A stretch of 63,983 bases of DNA, the filler included, from Octopus bimaculoides (lineage: Eukaryota): assembly GCF_001194135.2 (NCBI RefSeq). It is 8 parts of 7 records of this genome, joined end to end, with 100 filler letters (N's around TTAATTAATTAA, not from the genome) between each part and the next. Parts side by side here need not be neighbours in the genome. Positions count along the whole stretch, not along the records: positions 12,704 to 24,135 come from NC_069005.1; positions 24,236 to 38,001 come from NC_068984.1; 6 more parts are not named here. One strand, written 5' to 3'. Position 1 is the stretch's first letter. Each line of letters begins with the position of its first letter. Below are positions 23,301 through 36,499 of the stretch, in pieces. The translations under genes were made by a program, and so were the position numbers. The notes under the pieces were generated by a model that saw only the letters and a list, made by a program, of their open reading frames with translations, searched no databases and was not told where the DNA came from.

Positions 23301-23812
23301 CACACACACACACACACGCACACACGCTCACACACGCTCTCACATACACACACACACGCACACACACATACACACATATATACACATTCACACAAACAGG
23401 CGTTAATGCAAACACGTTTACGCACACACGATTACAAACGCGAACTCAGAAACACACATGCTTATATACACAGACACCCACACACGCACAATCATACAAA
23501 CAGACACACACTCACATATACCCACAAATACAATGACAATAAGAAGCAATTCTTTTATTCTTGTATATGTTTCAGCCCTAAGTCTGCGGCCATTCTGGGG
23601 CACCGCTAGTGACACAAATAAAATTTACTTGCGAGACAAATAAATTATGAAAAAAAAAAAAAAAAAAATGTTGTACAAGAAATTTAATTTGATTTCTATT
23701 GAATAATTAAACAAGAAATTCTGGTAATTAATTGATGTTACCTACTGAATATCTTTTAAGCAGAACATTTTTACATTTCACACAATTATGCATAATACAT
23801 GTGTGTGTATGT

Positions 23813-24135
23813 GAGTGTGGCTCTGTGATAAGAAGCTTGCTTCCCAACCATATGGTTCTGGGTTCAGTCCCACTGCCCGGCATCTTGGGCAAGTGTCTTC
23901 TACTAAAACTTCGGGCTGACCAAAGCCTTGTGAGTGGATTTGGTAGACGGAAACTGAAAGAAGCCTGTCGTATACATGTGTATACATATGTGTGTGTGTG
24001 TGTGTGTATGTGTGTGTGTCTCCCCACCATCGCTTGACAACCGATGTTAGTGTGTTTATGTTTCCGTAACTTAGCGGTTCGGCAAAAGAGAACGATAGAA
24101 TAAGTACTAAGTTTACAAAAAAATAAGTCCTGGGG
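23813..24135 (+). mobile_element. SINE family A (3' end lost in gap)
   Basis: Matches 385-792. Confidence 0.85.
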
Positions 24136-24479
24136 NNNNNNNNNNNNNNNNNNNNNNNNNNNNNNNNNNNNNNNNNNNNTTAATTAATTAANNNNNNNNN
24201 NNNNNNNNNNNNNNNNNNNNNNNNNNNNNNNNNNNATATATATATATATATATATATATATACATGCACACACTTATGTATATGTACATACTGGTTAGGT
24301 ACCCCGTGCCTTCCTCATCTCTCTCTCTCTCTCTCCTACTCTTTTACCAATATATCACTAGCCACATGTTCCAACTTGTTCCTACATGTTCTTACAAGTT
24401 CCAATATTTTTTGAATACAGACTGTATTGATGCAAGAGTTGATAAAGCGATCAACAATCTGCCAAAACATCAGTCTTTT

Positions 24480-24900
24480 TGCCTGCCTGCCTGCCTGTCT
24501 GCCTGATTGGATCCTTTTTCCTTCCTTTCACTCATTCACTAAATTCTTCACTCTCTCATCCATTTGCTTGTTCTCTCGTTCGTTTATTCATTCATTCACT
24601 CGTTCTTTCATTAACTTATTATCCCTTTCCTTTTCTTCATTCATTCATTCACTCTTCCTTCCTTCCTTCCTTCCTTCCTTCCTTCATTCCTTCCTTCCTT
24701 CCTTCCTTCCTTCCTTCCTTCCTTCCTTCTTTCTTTCCTTCCTTCACTCTCGCAAATACATTTCCAGCCAGTCTTTCTCTTTCACCTTTATTCTTCTCTT
24801 TCTTTCTCTCTTTCTCTCACTCTTTTCTCTTCTCTTTCATTCCTTCCTACTGCTTTCTTTCTTTCTTTCTTTCTTTCATTACCCTCTTTCCCTCTTTCCT
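24480..24900. repeat. (GCCT)/(TTCA)/(CCTT)/(CTTT) polypyrimidine microsatellite block
   Basis: Seen directly. Confidence 0.9.
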
Positions 24901-25202
24901 TCTTACTCTTTATTCTTTTCCGTTTCCCCTCTTCATGCTCATAGATATTTCTACAAGTCTCCTGATAACANNNNNNNNNNNNNNNNNNNNNNNNNNNNNN
25001 NNNNNNNNNNNNNNNNNNNNNNNNNNNNNNNNNNNNNNNNNNNNNNNNNNNNNNNNNNNNNNNNNNNNNNNNNNNNNNNNNNNNNNNNNNNNNNNNNNNN
25101 NNNNNNNNNNNNNNNNNNNNNNNNNNNNNNNNNNNNNNNNNNNNNNNNNNNNNNNNNNNNNNNNNNNNNNNNNNNNNNNNNNNNNNNNNNNNNNNNNNNN
25201 NN

Positions 25203-25249
<47 letters not shown>

Positions 25250-26211
25250 AGTACGTACGTTCTTACGTATATATGCGCGTAAGTAAGTACGTATGTATGT
25301 ATGTGTATGTATGTATGTATGTAAGAATGTATGCATATATATGTATGTACGTATGTATATGTATGTGTATGTATGCATGTATGTATATATGTGTGCATTT
25401 ATATATGTATGTATGTACTTACATATATATGTATATACGTGTGTGTATGTATGATATATGACCCCTTCCCCCACACTTTCCCTACCTTCTCACTTCTAAA
25501 TTTTTTGTTGTTTGTTTTCACAGAGGCCAAAGACTCCATGGAAATACCAAAATCTGTTATCCTTTCTCCCAAGAATGGCGCTTATCTTTCGTTTTCTTAT
25601 TCATTTACCAATTCCTTTATTTATTTTGCAGGCAAAAGACAAAAGCGCTCGAGAATTGTTTCTAAACAAACAGCGAAACGAAGAATTTATGAACGTTTTC
25701 GTCTAAAATTTACATAAGATTATTTACATAAATTTACATACAAGTTTGTTTGATCGCTTCAGGAGATAAATAACTATTTCTAACAAAGGTAGAAGACGGC
25801 CCCCGCCCCTCAAATTTAAACTAACAGTGGGGAATAGTAGATTAAATTAATATAAAAACATGGTTGGTAATTATTTTATCAAATCCATCTCAAGAAGATG
25901 AAACGCAGAAATGCAAACTTGACAGAGGTGGAATTTGAACTCCGAAGCCGACCAATCCTGGTTACCGTGCTTTCGGAACAGACTTCTTCATTACGAATTT
26001 GGTTGGTTGGTTATCGCTCTGTCTATTATGAATATTTATTTATATACATGTATATATAATTTTATTCTATATATATAATTTATGTGTGTATGTGTGTATA
26101 CATACACCTGTACGTACGCGTACGTACATATGTACATGTGTGTGTGTGTGTGCGTGAGTATGCATTCACGCATATGTATATACATATGTATGTATGTATG
26201 TATGTATGTAC

Positions 26212-26259
<48 letters not shown>

Positions 26260-26265
26260 CACACA

Positions 26266-27052
26266 CAGAGGGTGTGATTGGTAAATTATTGCCATTTTAT
26301 ATTTTTAATTTCGCGCATGCACATTGTTTGTTTTTGATTTTGTCGACTACACAGTATTGTAGGGTCAGTTGGGCACCGTCTGTGGGAAAAAAAAGCACCA
26401 TGATGCAATCCACTCTGCCAAAAAATTTGGAAACAACATGCTGTACTGTTTGGTATTCGCGCCGGAAGTTCCAATACGAACATTTCAGAGTGTTTGGGTG
26501 TCAATATGAGGACAGTGCGATCTGAGGACATGTACCAAGAGTGATAAAAATCAAATATCCAGTCAACATCATGGTGTTTAGAGTGGTCACTAGTGATAGC
26601 GACGTTATGCCACCGTTCATCTTCCCACACGGTCTCAGACTCAATACAGAGGCCTACATCATGTGCTTGGAGGAAGTAGTGCTGCCCTAGGTCAAAAGGG
26701 TGACTGCTGGAAGACCCTATGTCTGGCAACAGGACTCTGCACTGTTTCACCCAAGCAGGAGAACCCAGTTATGGCTGTCTGTCAGACAATTTGTGCGACC
26801 ACGTCATCCCTAGCATCTGGCCACCTAACTCCCCAGACTCCTGATTATTATATGTGGGGCGCAGTTGAGCGAGAGATCAACAAAACTCCTTGTAACACCA
26901 AAGATGAACTGAAGGCAAGGATTATGGCAGCATTCACCAACTGAAACAAGGAGAGCGTCCAAAGAGTTGCAGGAGATTCCAAAGTCGTCTGGAGGCTGTG
27001 GTTGAAGTCAATGTCGATTTTATTGAATAAATTTACTCTTTAGTATTTCAAG
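26266..27052 (+). mobile_element. Tc1/mariner superfamily (maT/DD37D-like) transposon, internally deleted
   Basis: Remnant transposase IMVFRVVTSDSDVMPPFIF, YVWQQDSA..H, WPPNSPD..DYYMWGAVE..NTKDELKARI. 5' end CAGAGGGTGTGATTGGTAAAT. Second copy at 31735-32238. Confidence 0.85.
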
Positions 27053-27419
27053 ATATATATATATATATANNNNNNNNNNNNNNNNNNNNNNNNNNNNNNN
27101 NNNNNNNNNNNNNNNNNNNNNNNNNNNNNNNNNNNNNNNNNNNNNNNNNNNNNNNNNNNNNNNNNNNNNNNNNNNNNNNNNNNNNNNNNNNNNNNNNNNN
27201 NNNNNNNNNNNNNNNNNNNNNNNNNNNNNNNNNNNNNNNNNNNNNNNNNNNNNNNNNNNNNNNNNNNNNNNNNNNNNNNNNNNNNNNNNNNNNNNNNNNN
27301 NNNNNNNNNNNNNNNNNNNNNNNNNNNNNNNNNNNNNNNNNNNNNNNNNNNNNNNNNNNNNNNNNNNNNNNNNNNNNNNNNNNNNNNNNNNNNNNNNNNN
27401 NNNNNNNNNNNNNNNNNNA

Positions 27420-27900
27420 TATATATATATTGATACAAAAGGTAAAACAACAAAAGAAAGAAAGAGACCTCGATATTATGTAAATAGAGGAATTTATCTG
27501 TAAATATATGTAACAATTATTCGGTAGCCATGATAAAATTCCGAGTTTCGGATGCTGGGGCCAAAACCCACGCCGCCATCTCTTCAGTTATCTGGCCATC
27601 GAAGAATGCTATGAGAATGACCGTTACACAAAGGAAAATTACTGTGTGGTTGACCGTTATTAAGACAAAAGAGCTATTAGAATGACCGCTAAAGCTTCTC
27701 TTAAAGAATTGAGAAAAAATCCAAATATAAAGATGTGGAAACAGAGATAAGTCGAATGGGGGTGGGCATGTTTGGACACAGAAACAGTTGCTATAACGAC
27801 TGCACGCATATTATGTAAAGCACAGTTAATATGATAGATATAACAAACCAAAAAACAAAACATTGTACACACTCAAGGCCCATGGGGCCGCAATCGTTGG
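27420..27900 (-). mobile_element. Probable Penelope-associated pLTR-like repeat carrying a hammerhead motif
   Basis: AT-rich non-coding segment abutting (TA)n and containing the motif at 27528-27595. PLE assignment is inferred from that motif. Confidence 0.45.
27528..27595 (-). ncRNA. Type I hammerhead ribozyme-like motif
   Basis: Minus strand: CCAGATAA-CTGAAGA-GATG...TGGG TTTTGGC CCCA.CATCC-GAAA-CTCGGAA-T-T-TTATCATGG. Both core boxes are canonical. Helix I has 8 bp with one bulge. Helix III has one mismatch relative to ACTC-G-GAGT. Confidence 0.65.
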
Positions 27901-27985
27901 CGCAAGTGCGTTGTAAGCAGGCAAGAAACATTTTAAACAGCAACAACAATAATGCATACACCCCCACCCCACACATATATATATA

Positions 27986-28143
27986 AGGCATGGCTGTGTA
28001 GTAAGTAGCTTCCTAACCAACAACATGGTTCCGGGTTCAGTCCCACTGCGTGGCACCTTGGGCAAATGTCTTCTACTATAGCCTCGGGCCGACTAAAGCC
28101 CTGTGAATGGATTTGGTAGATGGAAACTGAAAGAAGTCCGTTG

Positions 28144-28178
<35 letters not shown>

Positions 28179-28385
28179 TTGTGTGTCTGTGTTTGTCCCC
28201 CCCCACCGTCGCCTGACAACCGATGTTGATGTGTTTATGTCCTCATAAGTTAGCGGTTCGGCACAAGAGACCGATAGAATAAGTACTAGGCTTCCAAAAA
28301 ATAAGTCCTGGGGTCGATTTGCTCGACTAAAGGTGGTGCTCCATCATGGCCGCAGTCAAATGACTGAAACAAGTAAAAGAATAAA
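27986..28385 (+). mobile_element. SINE family A, near full length
   Basis: Matches 385-792. Confidence 0.9.
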
Positions 28386-28490
28386 AGGATATANNNNNNN
28401 NNNTGTGTGTGTGTGTGTGTGTGTTGTGTTTGTGTGTGTGTGTTTGTGTGTGTGTGCGTGTGTATGTATGTATATATATGTGTGTGTGTG

Positions 28491-28523
<33 letters not shown>

Positions 28524-28984
28524 GTGTGTGTATGTATGTAGGTATGTATGTATGGATGGATGGCTGTATGTACGTAAACACACGAAGAAAGCGAAATAAA
28601 CGATATGTTCATTAATATTTTGCGTTTGCGTTTAATCGCGGCAGTTAGGGTCGTTCTGGAACAGTTAAGCGGGTACGTTCCTATACACCCAGAGACAACA
28701 GGGAGCGCTTGGTAAATTAGCAACATATGCGGGTTTCAAATTATCAGTTTTAGATATGTGTTTCTCTTGAACAAGAGAACAAGTAACGACATCAAAAAGC
28801 GGCCTCAATTAAAGGCATTCGTGTAAACAACAGCCGACAGTGGCTGTCGGCTGATAAAGCAGCGCTCTGCTTTCGCGATGACAACGATGACGCTTCGGCC
28901 ATTGACGGGTGATGCTAAGTGTTTAAAATGGTGGCGGATTCAATGCTTGCAGGTCTTGTTTAGTTCGTTTTCGCATTTAGATTG

Positions 28985-28987
<3 letters not shown>

Positions 28988-29062
<75 letters not shown>

Positions 29063-29418
29063 GGGGGGGCGAGAGAGAGTGTGTGAAAGAGAGAGGGAGG
29101 GAGAAAAAGAGAGTGAGAGAAAGGGATAGAGTAAAAAGGAGAGATCAAGGAAGCGAATGAGAGAAGACAGAGGGAGAGAGCGAGAGAAGGAAAGAGATCA
29201 AGCAAGAGAGTGAGTGAGAGAAAGAGAGAGAGAGAGAGAAAGGGAGCGAGAGAAGGAGAGGGAGAAAAAAGAGAGAGAGAACGAGTGAGAGAGTGAGAGA
29301 GAAGGATAGAGCGAGATAGGTAGAGAGATCAAGCAAGAGAATGAGTGAGAGAATGAGAGCGGGAGGAGAGGGAGAAAGAAAGAGAGAGAGGGAGATCAAG
29401 CGAGTGAATGAGCTCGAG

Positions 29419-29460
<42 letters not shown>
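28988..29460. repeat. (GA)n and degenerate GA-rich tract
   Basis: Seen directly. Confidence 0.95.
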
Positions 29461-29461
<1 letters not shown>

Positions 29462-29506
29462 TATGTGTAAAAGTTAAGGAGGGAGTAAGTGTGTGCGTTT
29501 GACACA

Positions 29507-29618
29507 CACATACAGATAGACACATACAGATAGACACATACAGATAGACACATACAGATAGACACATACAGATAGACACATACAGATAGACACATACAGA
29601 TAGACACATACAGATAGA
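29507..29618. repeat. 14-bp minisatellite (CACATACAGATAGA) x8
   Basis: Eight perfect units counted. Confidence 0.95.
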
Positions 29619-29669
29619 CACAAGCACAGCTGTAAAGAATGTCTGCATGAAAGAGCTAAAAAAGGGCGC

Positions 29670-29703
<34 letters not shown>

Positions 29704-30399
29704 AGAGAGTATGTGTGGGAGGGAGAGACAGAGAGGAGAATGAGCAAGACAATAAAAAGGAAAAGAAGAGAAGAGAAAGGTTAAAGTGTAAAATATATTC
29801 TTGTAAGTATTCTTAAAGCAAAAAAAAAAAATAATAAATAAATAAAAATGAAAATAAAAAATAAAGGAAAACTAAGAAGAGAGCCTAAACGGTCTTCTCT
29901 GCCCTGTAAAAATAATGTATTTGTCGTGTATCAAATGGATGTTAATAGCTGTATCCGTTGTTAATGATTTAAGCAAATTCGAAACGTTTGATCCTAAGAG
30001 AACATAGTTTATAAACAAAGTGACTTGCTGTGTTAATTAATTATACGGTGCGCAAGAATATTGGGCGAGAATTGCTGTTTATGTTTGAAATAGATAGACG
30101 GACGTGCAGGCGTACACGCACATCTTGAAATGAAATGCTCAAATAACAATTTTCATACTAATTATCATTAGAATGTTCATAATTGAAATCTCACCCGACC
30201 TGGCTCTGATAATGATGCGACTTAAATCAAAACGTTTGATTTTCCAGGATGATAAAACAGCGTCTTTGACTGTTATATGAATAGGGTTTCCCGAGTCCTT
30301 AGGACTTATAATGCCGGTTAGCCAGTTTCTGTATAAGTATAAGTGACCGAGATCACAATTTTCCTTTCGAACGAGACTCTGGTCCGTTGTAGATTTGAA

Positions 30400-30600
30400 A
30401 GCCAGCAATTTTGAAGGGAGGGGGACAAGTCAATTATATCAACTCCAGGACTTGACTAGTATTTTATTTTATCAATACTAAAGGGATGAAAAAACAAAGG
30501 TAGCGAAGTCTGGGTTTGAACTTTCAACCTAAAGATTCAAAAGAAATGCCGTTAAGCGTATTTGTCCGACGTGCTGGCAATTCTGACAGACCAACGCTTT
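30400..30600 (-). mobile_element. SINE family B, degraded reverse copy
   Basis: GGATGAAAAAACAAAGGT..GGGTTTGAACTTTC..AAATGCCGTTAAGCG is the reverse of family B. Confidence 0.6.
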
Positions 30601-30692
30601 ACATAAATATTTAGATAATAACAAAATTAATTAAGCGTTCGGTGCTTTCACTTTCTTTCTTTCCCTATGTAGACGCACGCACGAACACACAC

Positions 30693-30771
<79 letters not shown>

Positions 30772-31734
30772 TGCTAAAGGCAGAAGATTGGTAGAATCGT
30801 TATAGCGACGGACAAAATACCTTCTGGTATTTCGTTACTGTTCTTCGTTATGAGCTAAAATCTCATCAACGTCGCCCTTTTTTTCTTTTCATCGTTTCGG
30901 GGTTAATTTTAGAGGGTTTCAGTGAATTACAGAGCCGNNNNNNNNNNNNNNNNNNNNNNNNNNNNNNNNNNNNNNNNNNNNNNNNNNNNNNNNNNNNNNN
31001 NNNNNNNNNNNNNNNNNNNNNNNNNNNNNNNNNNNNNNNNNNNNNNNNNNNNNNNNNNNNNNNNNNNNNNNNNNNNNNNNNNNNNNNNNNNNNNNNNNNN
31101 NNNNNNNNNNNNNNNNNNNNNNNNNNNNNNNNNNNNNNNNNNNNNNNNNNNNNNNNNNNNNNNNNNNNNNNNNNNNNNNNNNNNNNNNNNNNNNNNNNNN
31201 NNNNNNNNNNNNNNNNNNNNNNNNNNNNNNNNNNNNNNNNNNNNNNNNNNNNNNNNNNNNNNNNNNNNNNNNNNNNNNNNNNNNNNNNNNNNNNNNNNNN
31301 NNNNNNNNNNNNNNNNNNNNNNNNNNNNNNNNNNNNNNNNNNNNNNNNNNNNNNNNNNNNNNNNNNNNNNNNNNNNNNNNNNNNNNNNNNNNNNNNNNNN
31401 NNNNNNNNNNNNNNNNNNNNNNNNNNNNNNNNNNNNNNNNNATCAATGGTGTAAATAACATGAAATACGTAAACAACAAGAAAAAATGGAAAACTTGACA
31501 AGTAAACTCAGAGAAAGGACCCTTCGTCAGTTGTCGGTTGTCTGTCTATTCCTCCTTTTGAGCATTCAACGACAATATGAGTTTTCAAAGGCAGTTGCTC
31601 CCATAAATTCTAAAATAAAATTTAGGATTTATGGAGGGTCAAAGTTGAGAACAAAAACAGGACAGTGGAGACATACAAGGAAACCGAACGAAAACAAACA
31701 TGGAGGGTCGTTAGACCGGAACGAGAGGAGAATA

Positions 31735-32238
31735 GTACGATAGGTAAATGTCACCATTTTATAGCTTCAATTTCACGCATGCGCATTGTTTTTGATTTTG
31801 TTGACTACACAGTATAGTAGGGTCAGTTGGGTACTGTCTGTGAGAAAATCAGCACCATGACGCAATTCACTCTGCTAGAAATTTGGAAACGACATGCTGT
31901 ACTGCTTGGCATTCTCACCGGAAGCTCCAATATGAACATTTCAAAGTATCTGAGTGTCAGTCTGAGGATAGTGCAAAGTTGGACGAGTCTAATGGTGATT
32001 ACGAAGGTACAGCAGCTCGGAAAACGCACTCTGATCGTTCTGATAAGAAAAGAACTGAATTTGTTGGTGAGGTCTGGAGGTTGTGGTTGAAGCCAATGGT
32101 GATTCTATTGAATGAATTTACTCTTTAGTATTTCAAAATATTTTTTTGTAATTTTGGTAAATATATCTGTTAAAATGAAATGTCAGTGTTACTTTCATTT
32201 TTGCGCATTTTAGACGACAGCTTATTTACCACACCCTG
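31735..32238 (+). mobile_element. maT/Tc1-like element, same family as 26266-27052, larger internal deletion
   Basis: Shares GACTACACAGTAT.GTAGGGTCAGTTGGG and GTGGTTGAAG.CAAT. 3' TIR TTATTTACCACACCCTG. Confidence 0.85.
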
Positions 32239-32251
32239 TGTATACATGCAT

Positions 32252-32287
<36 letters not shown>

Positions 32288-33379
32288 TTTATTAATAAAG
32301 CTACAAAAACATCGCAAAAGCATATTACTCTACCTCTAGTATTCGAGTACCATTTTTTCCACCTTATTTCACATTTATNNNNNNNNNNNNNNNNNNNNNN
32401 NNNNNNNNNNNNNNNNNNNNNNNNNNNNNNNNNNNNNNNNNNNNNNNNNNNNNNNNNNNNNNNNNNNNNNNNNNNNNNNNNNNNNNNNNNNNNNNNNNNN
32501 NNNNNNNNNNNNNNNNATATATATGCAAATGTGTGTGTAAGTATGTGTGCTAAAGAAACTTCTGAATCACCCTGTACACACACGCACACACACACACGCA
32601 CGCGCGTTAGAAACGATCTATTTTTACACAACAAAAATTCAACAAGCATATCGCCCACATGTAAAACAATCCAACCGATCTAAGCGTAATTCAATAAAAT
32701 ATTTATATACCCTAAACATGTGTATATTCTATGCATTCTGTAGCGTTTCTCTCTCTCTTTGATTTTCTCCTTTTCGCTATTATGAGCTGTTAGTAACTAT
32801 TTTGGATTTTATCCATCTCGTCCAGACTTGCTTTTCGTAGGTGATGTCGTAATTCTGTAAGTTCCATATGATATGTCTGGGCCCGGTTCATGCTTCATAC
32901 TACGGCTTGTCAGTTGATCAAAGCTAAAAGTCTTTCAGCATAAAATGAAATAACACTGAACGCACTTAACATTACGAACGTACTTAGATCCACCCAGTCA
33001 TAATCGACGCCATCTTCTCCCGTCTTCGTCTCGACAGAAAAATATTTTGTCACGCTCTTTATTTTACGCTATTCTACGCCATGTTACTTTGAGTGAAGTT
33101 TATTCGGTTTTAGTTACTATCAGTCAATGAAAGCTTATTCCAGCACTGTAAACGTGGGGCTTTTATTCTGCTGCTCTAGCACCGTCAACAACTGCAGCAA
33201 CAACAAAAACAACAACAACAATGATAATAATAATGATTTCTTTATTAACCACAAGGGTTTACTTTAAGAAAAACATTATGGACAAAATACAGGATAAAAC
33301 AACGTGTGTATGTGTGTGTTTTGAGGGTTTTGCATGTAAATAAGACCAACAAATTCTTTTTTTAAAAAGAAAGAAATCC

Positions 33380-33765
33380 ACAATGTGTAATTCTCAATAG
33401 GGAGGAGACGTTCGAGGGATGATCATGGAAAAACACCATAAAAAATTACCCTATTTTTCCTTTCCTCTTTTCCAATTACAGGCTCAGGGCTCAGGGCAGG
33501 TCCGTTCACTTGAACCATTCTCGCCACTTTCATCCACCTTTTAGCAAACTGGCCAGAAAACAACGCTTCCTTCTCGACCCTTATTTTCCTTATCAAGTGA
33601 AACTTGAAGAAGTTGATCAGGGATTGGCCAAAGGGAAAAATGTTGGTCTTCAGCCCCTTTCAATCTCGTCCACCTTACAACCTCCTTAGCCATGACCACC
33701 AGGCATATACAAACAGCCTTTCCTTCTCGGTTAAAGGAAGGTGACGGGGCGATCGTCATGGTGGA
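33380..33765 (-). mobile_element. L1/Tx1-clade LINE 3' end fragment
   Basis: The minus strand gives EGKAVCICLVVMAKEVVRWTRLKG and, in another frame, KRWMKVARMV, resembling Tx1 ORF2 C-termini. A 3' UTR follows. Confidence 0.6.
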
Positions 33766-33769
33766 CTCA

Positions 33770-34015
33770 GTTGACAGCCGGATCCGCCCCACAGCAGTTG
33801 TTCAGCATAAAGCCACAGGTGTTTGTCTCCCACCGTATGACAATCGGTGTTAGTTTGTTTATGGCCCCGCAACCAAGCAGTTCGGCAAAGAGACCGGTAG
33901 AAGAAGCAAAAGGTTTAAAAGTGGAAAATAAGTACTGCAATCGATTAAAACCCTTCAAGGCAGTACTCCAGCATGGCCGCAGTCCAGTGACTGAAACAAA
34001 TAAGAGAAACAATAC
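33770..34015 (+). mobile_element. SINE family A, 3' half
   Basis: GTTCGGCAAAGAGACCG..AATAAGTACT..CTCCAGCATGGCCGCAGTC. Confidence 0.75.
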
Positions 34016-35254
34016 AATAAGAGTCATAAGAAAAGCTAGAAACACATCAGTTCGGTGCCAACATCACGAATGGCCAAAGACAACTGAGACATTACACTAA
34101 CGAGAGAGTAATAATGTGCTTCGCCAAGAACAAGTCCGTTGGAATGTCTGAGGGTCGTTTGTCGAATTAGAATCCAAATGATGAAAGCATACATATACGA
34201 TGTACCCCATGACTATAGAGGTTAGTAACGAAAAAACTCCACGGCAAAGTCTTAAGATTCATGATTTTCCTCAAGGAAGATACAGCAGTGGGTTGCCATT
34301 GCCTTCGGCCGATTCATTTATAATTTTACTCAATTCTTTACTCTCTTGCTTTTCCCAACGTACATTTTGGTACAAGACCTATTTATTCTCAAGGCAGACG
34401 TGTCTGTGATAACGTGGCGCTGTTGTGTTTACTCCTATAAGGCTATATTACATTGTAGACGTAAAAATATGTACTGGTCACACCATTATATTACTGGTAT
34501 ATATTGTATGGCTATCTCGACCCTAGGTCCATTCCTTAAACATTGGTTCCATTCCTAGAGAAAAGCAAGCAATATTTCAACATTTTAAGCGTTAGCATTG
34601 ATAGATTTATTGACTATTATCACTGATGGCGATCTAACTCAGATGACGATGGAGGCAAAGTTATCTTTGTTTAGAAAACCTCTTTCCTTACACATTCTCA
34701 ACTTTTTTGCAATTCGTTTCAGCTTTAAATTTGCTTTTCGTTTCTCGTTTCTCGTTTTTGAGATTTTTTGAACGTGCGCCAAGTCAACATATTGGTATAT
34801 TTAAAAGTGGTACAATGACGGTATATTCTCATAAACACACATATGCGTAGAATACACATAATAGCGCAAAAATACTTAGATATATGTTCACTTAATGGAG
34901 AATTAATTACGAAAAGTGTCGTACATATATCATGTAGAGAGTGGCATAGAGGTTGAGATATGCAGAACAAGTATTCTTATGTCTGTGCATGTATACATAC
35001 ATACATACATACATACATACATACATACATACATACATACGTATGTATGTATCTCTCTCCCTCTCCACCTCTCTCTCTCTCTAATGTATTATCCGGTATT
35101 CTTAATTAACTTGTAGAAAACGCGAGAATATTTACTAATGGTGGGACTCTATGCATTTAGCAAAATAAAATAAACAAAATTGAGTTGATTTAACGGATTA
35201 TTCAACCAGGTTGATGAAGGCGTTTAATTTCTTTTACTCTTACAAAATCAACAG

Positions 35255-35288
35255 TGCATCATCATCATCATCATCGTCATCGTCGTCT

Positions 35289-35333
<45 letters not shown>

Positions 35334-35619
35334 TCGTCGTCGTCGTCATCATTCATCATCATCATCATCAGCCTCTGGACATTACTGTCTGGAGTCCAAG
35401 GACTCCTAGGGCATGGCGTCTGCGTGACCGAGACCACAACTTGCTACTCCCCCCAGCGGATGTCGGACCGTCGTAGGGCGGCTCATTTACAGTCACGTGG
35501 GCTGGAGCAACGTAAAATGAAGTATCTTGCTCAAGGACAGAATGCACCATTCGGGCCGGGAATCAAAACTACTATCTTTTGATCGTGAGAGTTGCTCGAT
35601 TAGGGCGGATTTAGGGTTT

Positions 35620-35650
<31 letters not shown>

Positions 35651-35652
35651 CC

Positions 35653-35695
<43 letters not shown>

Positions 35696-35705
35696 GTAGC
35701 AGCAG
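35255..35705. repeat. (CAT/CGT)n and (AAC)n microsatellites flanking a reverse family C SINE (35380-35600)
   Basis: Seen directly; TGAAGTATCTTGCTCAAGGAC marks the SINE. Confidence 0.8.
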
Positions 35706-36335
35706 CAGACTGTAACGTATTTGAATGAAAACATTTTGAAGAAGCAATAAGCTACGACATATTCGTTTATCTTGATTCGGAATCGAATAAAATAGAACTC
35801 TTGTCCAAGAGTCTTTAGGAAAAAAAGAGACATCTACTGCTAAGTGGATGGCCACTGGAACACTGAAGCCCTTCCTCAAATTCACAATAGGGCTTCCACA
35901 AAGAAGCACTCAAAGACTTCTGTGTAATATTAGTTAGAAAAGAGATTCCAAAATGAAGATAATTGAAGAAACAGAAGAATTTATTGAAGCTGAAATAATT
36001 GGTGCTCCTTATTTAGAATATTTGTTGGATGAGAAATACAAGCAGAGGCTTTATTGATTGTCGTCTGTTTGTTAACGATTTAAAACAACAGATTTCGTTC
36101 CACAGAAGTAAAATAGATTAATTTGGATGTTTTATCTTTTACGTGTTTCAGTCATTGGACTGCAGCCATGCTGGGACAACGACTGGAAGGGTTTAGTGAA
36201 ACAGATCGATTTCAGTACTATTTTGTTTTCAAAGTCTGGTACTTATTCTATCGGATTCTTTTCCCCGAACCTCTAGGTTACGGCTGCATAAATAAAGCAA
36301 CACGGGTGTTAGGACGAATATAAACATAAAAATAT

Positions 36336-36381
<46 letters not shown>

Positions 36382-36455
36382 ATATGAATGTATAATATGT
36401 AAATAGATATACATATATGTATGTCTATATCTATCAGTATACATTTACATATACA

Positions 36456-36491
<36 letters not shown>

Positions 36492-36499
36492 TATATATA

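Noticed and set aside
29507-29618. Regular short repeats as CRISPR-like or coding arrays (also 41421-41509)
   Set aside because: They are head-to-tail with no unique spacers, in a eukaryotic context, so they are ordinary minisatellites.
30139-30408. Minus ORF containing KDSGNP..ITVKD, reminiscent of a cadherin repeat
   Set aside because: It lacks the DxNDN, LDRE/YE and AxDxG spacing of real cadherin or protocadherin domains. Most likely chance.
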